64,000 nucleotides of DNA, from the NCBI GenBank assembly GCA_964187785.1, contig OZ076409.1:3412001-3476000 (forward strand), given 5' to 3'. The position numbers were made by a program, and so were the translations under genes. The notes under the pieces are model-generated. The model had not been told where the DNA came from and made no database searches. It was given only the letters and a program-made list of their open reading frames with translations. The DNA comes from Amphiscolops sp. MND2022 (taxonomy: Eukaryota). Of the stretch, positions 63,608-64,000 are shown piece by piece. The stretch's first letter is position 1. Each line of letters starts with the position of its first letter.

Positions 63608-64000
63608 ATCGTAAGGTATATAAACTTGAGAAACGTCAATTGATGCACCAGCGCCTTCATTAAAAATTTCATCAACGATCAGAGCAACTATTAGAAACTC
63701 ATATCAAATTAGTTCCTAGATGAGAAAAACTTAATTTCTGATATGTACAGTTATAATAATTTTTCCTGGAGATATTGATTCGTCACGTTTTTTACAAGAC
63801 AAAATGCTTCAACGAACCTTCCATGTTGAAAGACAATTGTTGAAGCTGACAGTAAGCTTTACATCAATATTGCCTTGATGAACCGGGGAAAGGAATCATT
63901 TGAACGCTTAAAATTATAACTCATCTTCGTGAAATTTTGGTTATCACATTCCTAGTTTTGTTTGGAAATTTAGAGGAGGATTCTACATATTAAATTGCAA

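Overview
This is AT-rich, repeat-dense eukaryotic DNA, most consistent with an invertebrate animal; it is not prokaryotic, and most short ORFs in the track are noise. The main host-gene signal is a pair of divergently oriented paralogues, with exon 1 at 12046-13285 (-) and 44983-46219 (+). Each encodes a NERD/PD-(D/E)xK-like nuclease domain followed by the Q-motif and Walker A of a superfamily-1 helicase. The + copy can be joined in frame across a 15,058-bp GT-AG phase-1 intron to the large ORF at 61278-63607, which supplies Walker B, SF1 motifs IV-VI and a TPR-like helical tail. The result is a predicted protein of about 1188 aa with a nuclease-helicase layout reminiscent of Schlafen and bacterial nuclease-helicase defence proteins. 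The rest is nested, decayed mobile DNA. It includes four copies and one LTR remnant of one Ty3/Gypsy lineage sharing a TGGTGCGACCAAG-type primer-binding site, one of which carries an env-like ORF resembling chuvirus/herpes-gB class III fusogens. There are also fragments of a second Gypsy family, a Maverick/adintovirus-like protein-primed PolB fragment, and two Helentron-type non-autonomous elements (one containing a tRNA-Gly-like segment). A TIR element, a ~108-bp satellite with a ~323-bp higher-order unit, tandem duplications and mini/microsatellites make up the remainder. All family assignments come from motif recognition by eye, not database searches.
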